Assembly (NCBI GenBank): GCA_045106895.1
Contig: JBGCFM010000099.1
Location: forward strand, 1 to 51,695
Direction: 5' to 3'
Source of the DNA: Polyangiales bacterium
GTDB lineage: Bacteria; Myxococcota_A; Polyangia; Polyangiales; Houyiibacteriaceae
DNA length: 51,695 nt
Shown: positions 1-9,393 of the stretch, piece by piece
Layout of the letters: each line of letters begins with the position of its first letter
How positions within the stretch are numbered: position 1 is the first letter of the stretch
Program-made: the position numbers and the translations under genes
Notes under the pieces: model-generated
Told to the model about the DNA's origin: nothing
The model's input: the letters and a program-made list of their open reading frames with translations, nothing else
The model's database searches: none

Positions 1-173
1 GCCCATGTTCGTCTCCAAAACCTTCCGAGGGTGCTCAGCAGCCGAGTTCGGCGCCGAGAGTTGGGGGCTAGAGCCCCCATGCCAGTGCTCTCACCACCCT
101 AAGCACGCGAATTCTTGGATCAACCCCAAGGGAAGAAATGAAGGAGAATCAGTCGAAATTCCTCGTCGTGACG

Positions 174-1739
174 TCAGGCTCGGTACCAATCTTGGAGTGG
201 CTCCCGTCGACGCGCGGCGCTTGTCACGTCGCCGTACACCTCTTCAAAGGTGAAGCGACCGCCAATGCCGGAGAAGTCATAGGCGTCGGCAATGCGGATA
301 CCGCCAAACCCGGCACCGCCCTGAACCGATTCCCACTCGTTGCGTTCAAGGCCCAGCGCGTGAAGTAACGTGACCAAGAAGTTCGCGTAGACTCTCGTTC
401 CAACGGGTCCGTAGAACGGATTGCCAGCATGACGAGCGAATGGCCGAGAGGTAAAGTCCCAGTACCCCGGTTCGAACTGACCCCGTCCGGTACCTCCGAC
501 GAGGATTGGCATCGAGTAGTCGTGATGCCCAGCGCCGCCGGTTTGCTCGTTCCCGAAGTAGACGATTGAGTTGTCCAAAAGCGTGTCGCCGTTTGCTTCG
601 ACAATCGAGTCCATCATGCTCATCAAACGGCCGACCTTCGAAGCCATGAAGCTGTACATACGCAAAGAAACCGCTTCGGCTTCACTGCCGCGGGGCCATG
701 CGATGGGGTCGCCCTCGTCGACATCTTCATGACGGTAGTTCCAGTGAGAGCCACCACCCTCACGTTCGTGAAATGTGGAGCCCGTCTCTCCAAAGACTCC
801 ACCGAAGCTGGCCAGCGATAGGGAAACGACGCGGGTCATGTCGCACGCGAGGGCAGCAACAACCAGGTCCATCATAGTGTCGTAGTTGGCGTCAATCCAG
901 GCGAGGTGAATATGGAACCGCTCTTCATCGATGAAGTTCCCGTAGCTGTAGCCAGCCTGGACGGCTGCATCCAACGTCGGGGGTTCACAACGAAGAAGCA
1001 GCTCCGCACGCGCCGCCAGGCGACGCTCAGAATCCGCCAAAAGGTCCAGGTAGTTCGACAGACGGTCTTGGTCCAACGTACTGATGCGCGAACTCCGCTG
1101 AAGGTCGACGACGCCCGGCATCGCCAAGTTGAGCGCACTACGGCTTCGATTCGTCGCTTGGTCCCGGTCGGGGTCCTCTCCCGTGCCCCCCGGAAAGAGC
1201 TTTGTGTACAGTCCCAAGACGTCGTCGTAAGGCTGGCGTTCGCCATCCTTCCAGGAGTAGTCAAAACCAGTGCGTGAGTTGACCCGGAGGATACGATGCG
1301 CAGGCGGTGTGTCATAGATGGACGAGGTCGCAAGAACCTCATCCATCGAAGTGCCCAGGTCGGGAACGCGACTCTCACCATTGAATGGACCAGGTGCCAA
1401 CATGGTCGAATGGTTGTGCCCTGAACCGCACAAGCCAATGCCGCGAAGCAGACTGAGCTTGTGGGCCACCGGCGCGAACGCGCTGCCAAGCAAGGGCGAT
1501 ATCGGCTCGCCCGCTGCGAGAGGCGCGTGGAACGTATTCGGACCTACTTCCGTCGAAGGACGGTTGCGCGGGTAGTACAGCTGTTCGGGCTGACCGTAGA
1601 GCGAGCGGGCAGAAACGAAGCGTTTTGGGGAATGCTCTTGCGCCTGTGCTTCACGAGACACCGATGGCATGAACGGTATCGCGAGGAGCGAGCCACCGAG
1701 ACCGCGAATAAACTGTCTGCGTTTGATCGTCTTGAGCAT
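174..1739 (-). CDS. DUF1552 family protein with Tat signal peptide
   Basis: Start moved to ATG 1739, a TAATG overlap with the upstream gene stop. N-terminus IKRRQFIRGLGGSLLAIPFMPS is a twin-arginine motif. Contains ALACDMTRV and DTLLDNSIVYFGNE..H...MPILVGG, typical of DUF1552, and lies directly after a DUF1592 gene. Confidence 0.85.
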   Translation of the reverse strand: MLKTIKRRQFIRGLGGSLLAIPFMPSVSREAQAQEHSPKRFVSARSLYGQPEQLYYPRNRPSTEVGPNTFHAPLAAGEPISPLLGSAFAPVAHKLSLLRGIGLCGSGHNHSTMLAPGPFNGESRVPDLGTSMDEVLATSSIYDTPPAHRILRVNSRTGFDYSWKDGERQPYDDVLGLYTKLFPGGTGEDPDRDQATNRSRSALNLAMPGVVDLQRSSRISTLDQDRLSNYLDLLADSERRLAARAELLLRCEPPTLDAAVQAGYSYGNFIDEERFHIHLAWIDANYDTMMDLVVAALACDMTRVVSLSLASFGGVFGETGSTFHEREGGGSHWNYRHEDVDEGDPIAWPRGSEAEAVSLRMYSFMASKVGRLMSMMDSIVEANGDTLLDNSIVYFGNEQTGGAGHHDYSMPILVGGTGRGQFEPGYWDFTSRPFARHAGNPFYGPVGTRVYANFLVTLLHALGLERNEWESVQGGAGFGGIRIADAYDFSGIGGRFTFEEVYGDVTSAARRREPLQDWYRA

Positions 1740-3436
1740 TAACGCGCCCTCCAAAACAGGTCGTCGTTGGCGATACTGTGTACAAAAAACTCGTAGACCG
1801 ATTCGTCGGCGTCGAGGATGGCGTCTTGCTCGATTAAGAGACATCCATCGTCCGCAGCGGTGAACCGGTACAGCTGGTAGCGCAGCAAACTTCGAGCGAA
1901 GCACTGTCGCAGCTTGTCGCCTTGCAGGAACGCCTCGACCAACTCGACGGCGCCGTCCACTTCGCTCACGCCGCCTTCTTCGATGACAAGTTCGTCCGAT
2001 CGGGCGTCGATAGGATGTGTAGCGACGAGTTCATCGCCTTCGAACACTTGCTCTTCTGTCGTCCAACGAGCGAGAGAGTCGAAGTTCTCGAGCGCAAAGC
2101 CGAGCGGATTGATCCGCGCATGACACCCCATACACGTGGTGCGACGCGTGATGTGCCCGATGACTTGACGGTTGGTGCGTGTGGTCCTGTCGGTGTCTTC
2201 GGGCGTCTCGTCGTCGTCGCGCGCGCTGATTACTTCTTGGTCCGGCTGACCGAGTTCGTCGCAGAGCAGTCGCTGTCGCATCATGACGCCGCGATGAATG
2301 ATCGGTGAGTGGTCTGTGCCTCCCATCAGCGAAGCGGCACGAAGGAAAATCCCTTGATGCGGAGTAGTCGCCGTCCGTCGTGACCCGTCTTCGGATGCGC
2401 TGACGCCATAAACGCTCGCCAAGGCATCCGTCGTCGGAAAGACTGACTTGTCCACGAAGAGGTCTCGAAACGTACCGTCAGCCTCCCAGACGATGTAGTC
2501 GATGAAACGGTCGAAATCCTGAAGTGCGTCGCTGTAGAGCGGCAATACATCCAGATCGCCACGGTATGCATTGCTAACGGAAACGGCTGGGAGGTCCTCG
2601 ACTTCAAACCAAGAGTGAAAGAACGAGCGGATATGCGCCTTTCCTGCGTCGCTTCCAAGCAGCCGTTCCACCTGAACTCGAACCTGGCCCAGCGTTGATA
2701 GTTCCCCGCGTTGTGCGACAGCCCAAAGCTCATCGTCGGGCATGGTGGAGACAGCCCGGTAGCTGATGCGCGACGCGATCTCGAAGTCGGTGAGTCTGAA
2801 TCGCTCGTTCTGAGGCTCTCCCTCCTCCACGAGCATCAAGAAGCGTGGCGAAAGAAGGACGGCTTGGATCAGCATCGCGACGTCTCCTTCGGAACGCCAA
2901 GCGTCGAGGTACCGACCACGTTCTTCATCACTCACCGGACCACGGAGTGCACGAGGCATGAACTGCGACAGAAATCCGTCGACGCACTCTTCGGACTCGA
3001 GAGTGCCGCACTCACCGTAGCGGTCCACAAAGCTCGCGTCGGAAGCGGCGGCGAGAGCTAGGGCGTTCGACACCGTGACGATCGCGTCCACATGCGATCC
3101 AGATAGTGAAGAGGCGAAGCGCTCCGGGTGAAACCCGAACGACTCGCTCGGCAGCACTGCCGTTGAAGTGGCGACGACATCGTAGAGCGACGGTCCAAAA
3201 AGATCGCGCAAGGTGTTTCGGAGTTCGACCTCCGTCAGTCTCCGCGCGTGTTTGTTGCCGGAGCCGCGCCGGCTTTCATCGCAGACTTCAGGCCCCGGTG
3301 GTTCATTCGGGTCGCCCGGCTCAAGCGGTGGATTGGTTGGATCGGCGGTCTCGTCGACAATCCTGCCCTGACAACCCATCACGAAGAGCGCGATGAACAA
3401 AGCGGACAGTAACCCGTAGGCTTGTGGACGCTTCAA
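1739..3436 (-). CDS. DUF1592/DUF1588 (PSD-type) lipoprotein with a single CxxCH heme-binding motif
   Basis: Motifs RRLTEVELRNTLRDLFG, LLSPRFL, LTDFEIASRISY, SPIIHRG and CMGCHARINPLGFALENFD. Probable TTG start at 3436 gives the lipoprotein signal MKRPQAYGLLSALFIALFVMGC (ORF track start 3472). Confidence 0.85.
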   Translation of the reverse strand: MKRPQAYGLLSALFIALFVMGCQGRIVDETADPTNPPLEPGDPNEPPGPEVCDESRRGSGNKHARRLTEVELRNTLRDLFGPSLYDVVATSTAVLPSESFGFHPERFASSLSGSHVDAIVTVSNALALAAASDASFVDRYGECGTLESEECVDGFLSQFMPRALRGPVSDEERGRYLDAWRSEGDVAMLIQAVLLSPRFLMLVEEGEPQNERFRLTDFEIASRISYRAVSTMPDDELWAVAQRGELSTLGQVRVQVERLLGSDAGKAHIRSFFHSWFEVEDLPAVSVSNAYRGDLDVLPLYSDALQDFDRFIDYIVWEADGTFRDLFVDKSVFPTTDALASVYGVSASEDGSRRTATTPHQGIFLRAASLMGGTDHSPIIHRGVMMRQRLLCDELGQPDQEVISARDDDETPEDTDRTTRTNRQVIGHITRRTTCMGCHARINPLGFALENFDSLARWTTEEQVFEGDELVATHPIDARSDELVIEEGGVSEVDGAVELVEAFLQGDKLRQCFARSLLRYQLYRFTAADDGCLLIEQDAILDADESVYEFFVHSIANDDLFWRAR

Positions 3437-3472
3437 CGTTAGCCGCGCGACGTGGCACGATTTGGGGCTCAT

Positions 3473-3487
3473 GCATTGTGAGTGCCT
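3473..3487 (-). promoter_or_regulatory. Candidate sigma54 (-24/-12) promoter for the DUF1592-DUF1552 operon
   Basis: Minus strand reads AGGCAC-TCACA-ATGC(A), giving GG-N10-GC with two mismatches to TGGCAC-N5-TTGC. Predicted +1 near 3461, upstream of TTG 3436. Confidence 0.45.
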
Positions 3488-3580
3488 AAGACGGGCCCGT
3501 TTTATGATTGGGGGGCGTCTTTTGCACGGAAAAGCCGCGACATCGCTTCATAAGATATGTATCGCACCCACTATTGAGCG

Positions 3581-4690
3581 TTAAACCGCGAGGAGCCGGT
3601 CGTCGGCGATGCCTTCGCGCAGCCGGACCAAGTCTTCATGGTGGGCGATGACGACTAGGGAGCAGCCGGAGTCCAGAATCTGTTCTCCGCCGGGATTATA
3701 CGCTGTTTCCCCATCGGAATGGTTGATCGCGATGACCAGCGCGCCGGTCTCCCGGATCTTCACATCTTTCAAAGTCCGGCCCACGAGGTTGCTGTCCGCC
3801 GGAATCTGCACGTCCTCTACGCGAAGCTGACGATCCGTCCGCAGGAGGCGGTCGAGGAACTCGACGGCGTTGGGGCGGATCATCTCGCTCACGAGGCGCA
3901 AACCGCCGATCTCGTTGGGACTAACGATCGCCGTCGCTCCCGCTCGCTGGAGCTTGCCTCGCGCGGAGGAGTCGATGGCCTTGGTCACGATACGAAGTGG
4001 TTTGTCGCGCGCTTCGTCGTCTGCCTGATGCTCTTCTTCGGAGAGCGCCTTCGCCGACACAACAACGAAGAGGTTGTCTTTGTCCGTGTGAAGCGCTGCG
4101 ATCACGCCATCTGCACGCGTAATACCGGCGGCGAGAAGCAGATGGTCGTCCGTCGCGTCGCCAATAAGGTAGAGAATCTCGGAGCCGAGGTCCTGGGAGA
4201 GCGTCATGATTCGCTCTTCGTCCGTATCGATGACCACGAAGGGGTGCCCATCGCGAATCAGCTCTGCGACGACGTGCTCGCCGGTGCTTCCAGCGCCGCA
4301 CACGATGATATGGCCCTTAAGTTTGTCGATCGCTCTCTGCATACGTCGCCGTCGAAGAATACCCTGTAAGTCGCCTTCAATGATGAACGCGGTGAAGGTG
4401 GAAAGAAAAAAGAGCAGCGTGAGACTGCCGAGAACGATGAGGAAGAGGGTGATCACCCTCGCCTCAGGCATCGCGTCCATGCCTGGGAGGGACTCCCCAA
4501 AGCCCACCGTGGAGACGGTGATCACCGTCATATAGAAGCATTCGAAGAGCGACCAACGGTCGTCGCCGACGTGGTAGAAACTCATCGTTCCTGCTGCCAC
4601 CGTCGCCATCAAGATGACGATCGCCCGGACAAGACGGGAATACGCACGGTAGTGCGCGTCGGTACTATCGCGATACACCAACGCGCACAC
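3581..4690 (-). CDS. Potassium channel protein (2-TM pore plus RCK/TrkA-N and TrkA-C domains)
   Basis: Selectivity filter TVSTVGFGE flanked by two TM helices; Rossmann motif IIVCGAGSTG; C-terminal TrkA-C-like segment SNLVGRTLKDVKIRETGALVIAI. Confidence 0.9.
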   Translation of the reverse strand: MCALVYRDSTDAHYRAYSRLVRAIVILMATVAAGTMSFYHVGDDRWSLFECFYMTVITVSTVGFGESLPGMDAMPEARVITLFLIVLGSLTLLFFLSTFTAFIIEGDLQGILRRRRMQRAIDKLKGHIIVCGAGSTGEHVVAELIRDGHPFVVIDTDEERIMTLSQDLGSEILYLIGDATDDHLLLAAGITRADGVIAALHTDKDNLFVVVSAKALSEEEHQADDEARDKPLRIVTKAIDSSARGKLQRAGATAIVSPNEIGGLRLVSEMIRPNAVEFLDRLLRTDRQLRVEDVQIPADSNLVGRTLKDVKIRETGALVIAINHSDGETAYNPGGEQILDSGCSLVVIAHHEDLVRLREGIADDRLLAV

Positions 4691-4743
4691 TCGGACGCAC
4701 AGGCGGACACGTCAAGTTCGCTGTGCTCTCCGAAGACGAAGAT

Positions 4744-5532
4744 TCAGTCCGCGAAGACGCCGTCGAAGACATGCCGCGCAGGACCTCGCATCGAAACCGG
4801 CTTCCCTTCGCCGCGGATCGTGATGGTGAGCTCACCTCCTGGGAGCCGCACCTTCATGGGGCGGCCGCGCTCCCAGCGTCCCGTTCGAACCGCAGCGGCT
4901 GCACAGGCGCAGGCGCCCGTTCCGCAGGCCATCGTCCAACCTGCCCCACGTTCGAGTACATCGAGGACAAAACCATCGTCCAGCGATGTGGCGAAACCGA
5001 CGTTGACGCCTTGTGGAAAGAGTGAAGCTGTCTGAATCGCGGGTCCGAGTGTGAGACGCTCGTCGCACTGTTCGAAAAGCACCGCGTGGGGGTTTCCCAT
5101 CCCTACGGCGGTGACCAAGCAGGTGACGGAAGCGACATCCACGGCAGCCTCGATGAGGGGCCCCGTTCCCACAAAAGGCACGTCTTCGGGACGAAACGAC
5201 GGCACCGCCATGAAGACCTCGACGTCTTCTGGCCCATGAACGATGGCTTCATGGGGCCCAGCGCCGGTATTCCATATCGCTCGCTGAAGGTCCTGAAGGC
5301 GAGCCTGATGCCAAGCGACGCAGCGTAGACCGTTTCCGCACATCTCGGCTTGGCTGCCGTCTGCGTTCCAGACCACCATGGAAGGTGCATCGTCGATGAC
5401 GAGCACTCCGTCCGCGCCAACGCCAAGGTGGCGGTCACAGACCGCTCGCGCGCGTGCAGCATTCATCGCGACATCCCGGACCACGACAAAGTCGTTCCCA
5501 AGACCCTCGTATTTGGCGAACTCAAAGGGCAC
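4744..5532 (-). CDS. dapF: Diaminopimelate epimerase
   Basis: FAKYEGLGNDF, GVGADG, catalytic MCGNG and ACGTG, MGNPH, ERGAG. Confidence 0.95.
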   Translation of the reverse strand: MPFEFAKYEGLGNDFVVVRDVAMNAARARAVCDRHLGVGADGVLVIDDAPSMVVWNADGSQAEMCGNGLRCVAWHQARLQDLQRAIWNTGAGPHEAIVHGPEDVEVFMAVPSFRPEDVPFVGTGPLIEAAVDVASVTCLVTAVGMGNPHAVLFEQCDERLTLGPAIQTASLFPQGVNVGFATSLDDGFVLDVLERGAGWTMACGTGACACAAAAVRTGRWERGRPMKVRLPGGELTITIRGEGKPVSMRGPARHVFDGVFAD

Positions 5533-5608
5533 ACGCGAGCCTAGCAGACTCGCCCGCGAGTTCGCGATTCATCGGGCGCCACCGTCTTTCGCAGACACCA
5601 ATGAAGCC

Positions 5609-8600
5609 GTGCCTCATGTGCCTCAGGCTGCTAGCCTCCGCGCCGTGCCAGGCCTAGACGAGTTACGAAAAAAAGTTCGATCCAAGCGTCAGGGAGCCCG
5701 TCAGGTCTCCGATGTGGTCGCCCAACTTGCTGACTCCGACGTTGCTGACTTCGTCGCATACTTGGCGGATCACGTGTCCGTCTCGAAGCTCGGAGAGCTC
5801 GTCGGACACCCGGAGGCGCAACGCCTCTTCAACCACTCCATCCCCGTGACCACGCAGAAGCGTGTTGTCACCGGGCTGACGGCCTGGCTCGATGCGCCGA
5901 GCAAACATGTCTGGCGCTGGGACGTCAACGCGTACCTCGCCGGCGAGGTTCCCGCTATCAAGGGTCCACGCCGCGCCGACGAAGCCGTGAAGTGGGCCGA
6001 AGATCACGACGTGGTGAACGCCCTGGAGCACCCCGCCGCGAACGCTGCGCCGCTCTCGGACAAGCACGTCCGTTGGCACCTTCGCAATCACTACGAAGGA
6101 ACCGTCGGCGACCTCGTTCGAGGCGCCAAGGTAGGCTACCGAGCCGTCGAAGACGCCGCGAAGACAGCCGCGACGCAGTACCTCCGTTGGGCTGAGCGAC
6201 GCCACCGTCTCGCTCTACGGCGCGCAAAGACCTGGGCTTCACGTCCCAAAGAGCCACAGCTTCAGCTGCTTTCGCACCGCATCAAGGCGGCGCTGCGCAT
6301 CTTGGACGACTCCCACATTCGTCCGGTCGTTCCGGTAGGCGGCATCGTGGTTCTTCCGGACATCGGCGGCACCGCCACCATGTTCAAGAGCCAAGAACAT
6401 GGTCAGCAGAGCGTCGGCGTGCCTTTCGCTGGCTACGAGCACCTCCCCCTTCGCTTGGACATGGAGCACCCCGCGGAGCTCCGTGTTGTGCTCGAGTGGA
6501 CCCTCGACGCGATCCACGAGCGCAAGAGCCCCATTCGTCCAGCTCTCCTCGATGTGCTCTCGGAACCTAGCTGGGCCCGCCTCGTCGACGAACTTGAGAC
6601 TGTCCTCGAGAAGGCCGAAGAGCCTTCGCGCAAGGATGTCACCGAGCGCATCGTTTTCCGAATCGATCCCCTCGACGACGACAGCGGACTCACCCGCATC
6701 GAGGTCAGCGCAGCGGTGCAAAAGCGCGGCAAAAACGGCCGCTGGTCCGCCGGCGCCGTCAAGCCAGCCCAGAAGCTCATCGAGCACAGCGCGGCACGGC
6801 GGGAGGACCTCGTTGCCTTGGACCTCATCTCCATTGCGGAGAACGCCAGCGCGAATCGTTTCACGGCTTTCGCCGAAGCCGCCGCCGCCCTGCGTGGCCA
6901 CCCGCGCGTGGAACATGGCGAAACCAAAGACCGAATTCGCGTGCGTCGGACGCCGCCCACCGTCGCCCTTGAGCCTCTCGAGTCCGGGCACAAGCTGACG
7001 ATTCGCGTCAACGACTACGAGATCACGAAGTACGAGTCGGATGCACGACTCGTCGCCTACGACGGCGACGAGACCCTCCATGTCGCAGATGTCACGGACA
7101 AGCTCGGTGCGTTTATTCGGGCCACGGAGTCATTTCCGGCGCTCTTGCCTGCGGCCGCACGCGCGCGCGTGCTCTCCCTTCTTCCGCGTCTCCAGCCCGA
7201 CGCCGGCCTCGTCATTCCCACGGAGCTTCGTGGAGTTGAATGTGACGCACTTGAGACCCTTGTCGTTCGCCTGACGCCCGACGAGAGCGGCCTCGAGCTC
7301 GAAGTCTGCACCCGCCCCCTTGAAGGTGGGCCCACCTGGCCTCCGGGTGACGGTCCTCGACTGGCCTTTGGCCAAAAAGACAACGAACGCGTTCACGCTC
7401 TCCGCGATTTCGACGCCGAGCGCGCGCGCATGCGCGGACTCCTCGACGCCATCGACCTTCCTCTCTCGGCGACTCAGCGCATCGAAGGCCTCGACCGCGC
7501 ACTCGACGTCATCGGTCTCCTCCAAGGACAGCAGGGCATTGAGCTCGAGTGGCCGGAGGGCCGTAAGGCCTGGAGCGTAGGTGCCACCGGCGACCTTCGC
7601 GTGCGCGTGCTTCGCGCCGGCGAGTGGTTTGGCGTTGAAGGCGGCGTTGAAGTGGACGGCGAAGAGGTGCCTCTCACGGCGCTCTTGCAGGCGGTCCGCC
7701 GCGGTCAGCGCTACGTCCGAGTCAGCAAGGGACGTTTTGCGAAGATCGAAGAAGACCTTCGAGCACGCATCGAGACGACGTCGGACGCCCTCATCGTCGA
7801 TGGCGCAGAAGTCAAAGTCGGCATCGGGTCCGTGGAGGTCGTCGATCAGCTCGGCGTCGTCGAAGCGGACGACGCCTGGCGTGATGTCATTCAGCGCGCC
7901 AAGGCCGCCAAAGACATCAAGCCGCCGCTCCCCACCGGCCTCGACGCCACGCTTCGTGACTACCAGCAAGAGGGCTTCGAGTGGATGTCGCGGCTCGCCT
8001 CTTGGGGCGCAGGCGCCTGCCTCGCAGACGAAATGGGTCTGGGTAAGACGGTTCAGACCCTCGCGATGCTCCTCGACCGCTCCGAAGATGGTCCAAGCCT
8101 CGTCGTTGCACCCACTTCGGTGGGTCCAGGTTGGGAGAGCGAAGCCGCGAAGTTCACGCCGGCTCTCGACGTCCGCATGTACCGCGGTGCGAAGCGAGAG
8201 AAAGAGCTCAAGGACCTGGGCCCCGGCTGCGTCCTCATCACGAGCTACGATGTGCTCGCCCGAGACGGCGAAGTGCTTTCGGAGATCGAGTTCGGCAGCG
8301 TGGTCTTCGATGAAGCCCAGGCCATCAAGAACGCACGAACGCGTCGCGCCAAGGCCGCTCGCTTGCTCAACGCGAAGTGGCGCGTGGCGCTGACCGGTAC
8401 GCCTCTCGAGAACCACCTCGGCGAAGTGTGGAGCATTTACCGCACCGTCAGCCCCGGACTCCTCGGGCCGTGGGAGCACTTTCGTCGTCACTACGCGTTG
8501 CCCATCGAACGTGATGGGGACGCGGAGGTTCAACAGAAGCTCATTGGACGGCTTCGGCCCTTCTTGCTTCGCCGCACCAAGGCCGAAGTCGCCTCCGAGC

Positions 8601-9301
8601 TTCCGCCACGCACCGAGGTCGTCGTCCCCGTCGAGCTCAGCGAAAAAGAGCGACGTCTTTACGACGCCACGCGAGACGAAGCCGTCGCTTCGCTGGGTTC
8701 ACCCGAGCGCTTTGCTGTGCTCGCTGCGCTTACGCGACTTCGACGCCTCGCCTGCCACCCCCGCCTCGTCGTTCCTTCCTGGAGCGAGTCCTCGGCGAAG
8801 CTCGATGCGTTTCTCAAGCTCACGAGCGAACTCATTCGGGACGGCCACCGCGCCCTGGTGTTCTCCCAGTTCACCTCGCATCTTGCGATCATCCGCGAAG
8901 CCCTCGACTTCCGCAGCATCTCCTCCCTCTACATGGACGGGAAGACGCCCTCGAAGAAACGCCAGGCGCTCATCGACAACTGGCAAGACGGCGACGACCC
9001 AATCTTCTTGATCTCCCTCAAGGCGGGCGGAACTGGTCTCAACCTCACGGCAGCCGACACGGTGATCCACCTGGATCCGTGGTGGAACCCCGCCGTCGAA
9101 GACCAGGCCAGCGACCGTGCGCACCGTATCGGGCAAGAAAGACCGGTCACCGTGGTCCGCCTCGTCGCCCAAGACACCATCGAAGAGAAGGTGCTTCTGC
9201 TTCACCGCAGCAAGCGCGACCTCGCCGACGCCCTCCTCGCAGGCGGCGACACGGCCACGAAACTCGAAGTTTCGGACCTTATCTCCTTGATGGAGACCTG
9301 A
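5609..9301 (+). CDS. SNF2-family (DEAD/DEAH-box) helicase with long N-terminal region
   Basis: LRDYQQEG, LADEMGLGKT, DEAQ, LTGTPLEN, SLKAGGTGLNL, DPWWNPAVEDQASDRAHRIGQ. The ORF-track start overlaps dapF, so the real start is probably a GTG at about 5609-5644. Confidence 0.9.
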   Translation: MPHVPQAASLRAVPGLDELRKKVRSKRQGARQVSDVVAQLADSDVADFVAYLADHVSVSKLGELVGHPEAQRLFNHSIPVTTQKRVVTGLTAWLDAPSKHVWRWDVNAYLAGEVPAIKGPRRADEAVKWAEDHDVVNALEHPAANAAPLSDKHVRWHLRNHYEGTVGDLVRGAKVGYRAVEDAAKTAATQYLRWAERRHRLALRRAKTWASRPKEPQLQLLSHRIKAALRILDDSHIRPVVPVGGIVVLPDIGGTATMFKSQEHGQQSVGVPFAGYEHLPLRLDMEHPAELRVVLEWTLDAIHERKSPIRPALLDVLSEPSWARLVDELETVLEKAEEPSRKDVTERIVFRIDPLDDDSGLTRIEVSAAVQKRGKNGRWSAGAVKPAQKLIEHSAARREDLVALDLISIAENASANRFTAFAEAAAALRGHPRVEHGETKDRIRVRRTPPTVALEPLESGHKLTIRVNDYEITKYESDARLVAYDGDETLHVADVTDKLGAFIRATESFPALLPAAARARVLSLLPRLQPDAGLVIPTELRGVECDALETLVVRLTPDESGLELEVCTRPLEGGPTWPPGDGPRLAFGQKDNERVHALRDFDAERARMRGLLDAIDLPLSATQRIEGLDRALDVIGLLQGQQGIELEWPEGRKAWSVGATGDLRVRVLRAGEWFGVEGGVEVDGEEVPLTALLQAVRRGQRYVRVSKGRFAKIEEDLRARIETTSDALIVDGAEVKVGIGSVEVVDQLGVVEADDAWRDVIQRAKAAKDIKPPLPTGLDATLRDYQQEGFEWMSRLASWGAGACLADEMGLGKTVQTLAMLLDRSEDGPSLVVAPTSVGPGWESEAAKFTPALDVRMYRGAKREKELKDLGPGCVLITSYDVLARDGEVLSEIEFGSVVFDEAQAIKNARTRRAKAARLLNAKWRVALTGTPLENHLGEVWSIYRTVSPGLLGPWEHFRRHYALPIERDGDAEVQQKLIGRLRPFLLRRTKAEVASELPPRTEVVVPVELSEKERRLYDATRDEAVASLGSPERFAVLAALTRLRRLACHPRLVVPSWSESSAKLDAFLKLTSELIRDGHRALVFSQFTSHLAIIREALDFRSISSLYMDGKTPSKKRQALIDNWQDGDDPIFLISLKAGGTGLNLTAADTVIHLDPWWNPAVEDQASDRAHRIGQERPVTVVRLVAQDTIEEKVLLLHRSKRDLADALLAGGDTATKLEVSDLISLMET

Positions 9302-9303
9302 TC

Positions 9304-9327
9304 AGCCGGCCAAACGGCCGGTTTTCT
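9304..9327 (+). terminator. Probable intrinsic terminator after the SNF2 gene
   Basis: AGCCGGCC-AAAC-GGCCGGTT followed by TTCT, 2 nt after the stop codon. Confidence 0.65.
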
Positions 9328-9393
9328 ACTGCTCGCTTGATTTTCGGCGAGCATGGGCGAAGGCACACAGCCGCAACTCGACTTTGACCCTGA

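Noticed and set aside
25..136. Superficial resemblance to a TPP riboswitch (GGGTGC...CCGAGA...ACCC)
   Set aside because: It lacks CUGAGA and the AACCUGAU core and is oriented opposite to the flanking genes.
3453..3467. Plus-strand TGGCACG resembling a sigma54 -24 box
   Set aside because: There is no GC at -12 and no downstream plus-strand gene.
5378..5608. Long N-terminal extensions in the ORF track creating apparent gene overlaps (also at 1904, 13045, 14710, 35686, 43968, 46531 and 50134)
   Set aside because: These are longest-ORF artefacts. Downstream starts have better RBS, signal peptides or stop/start coupling.
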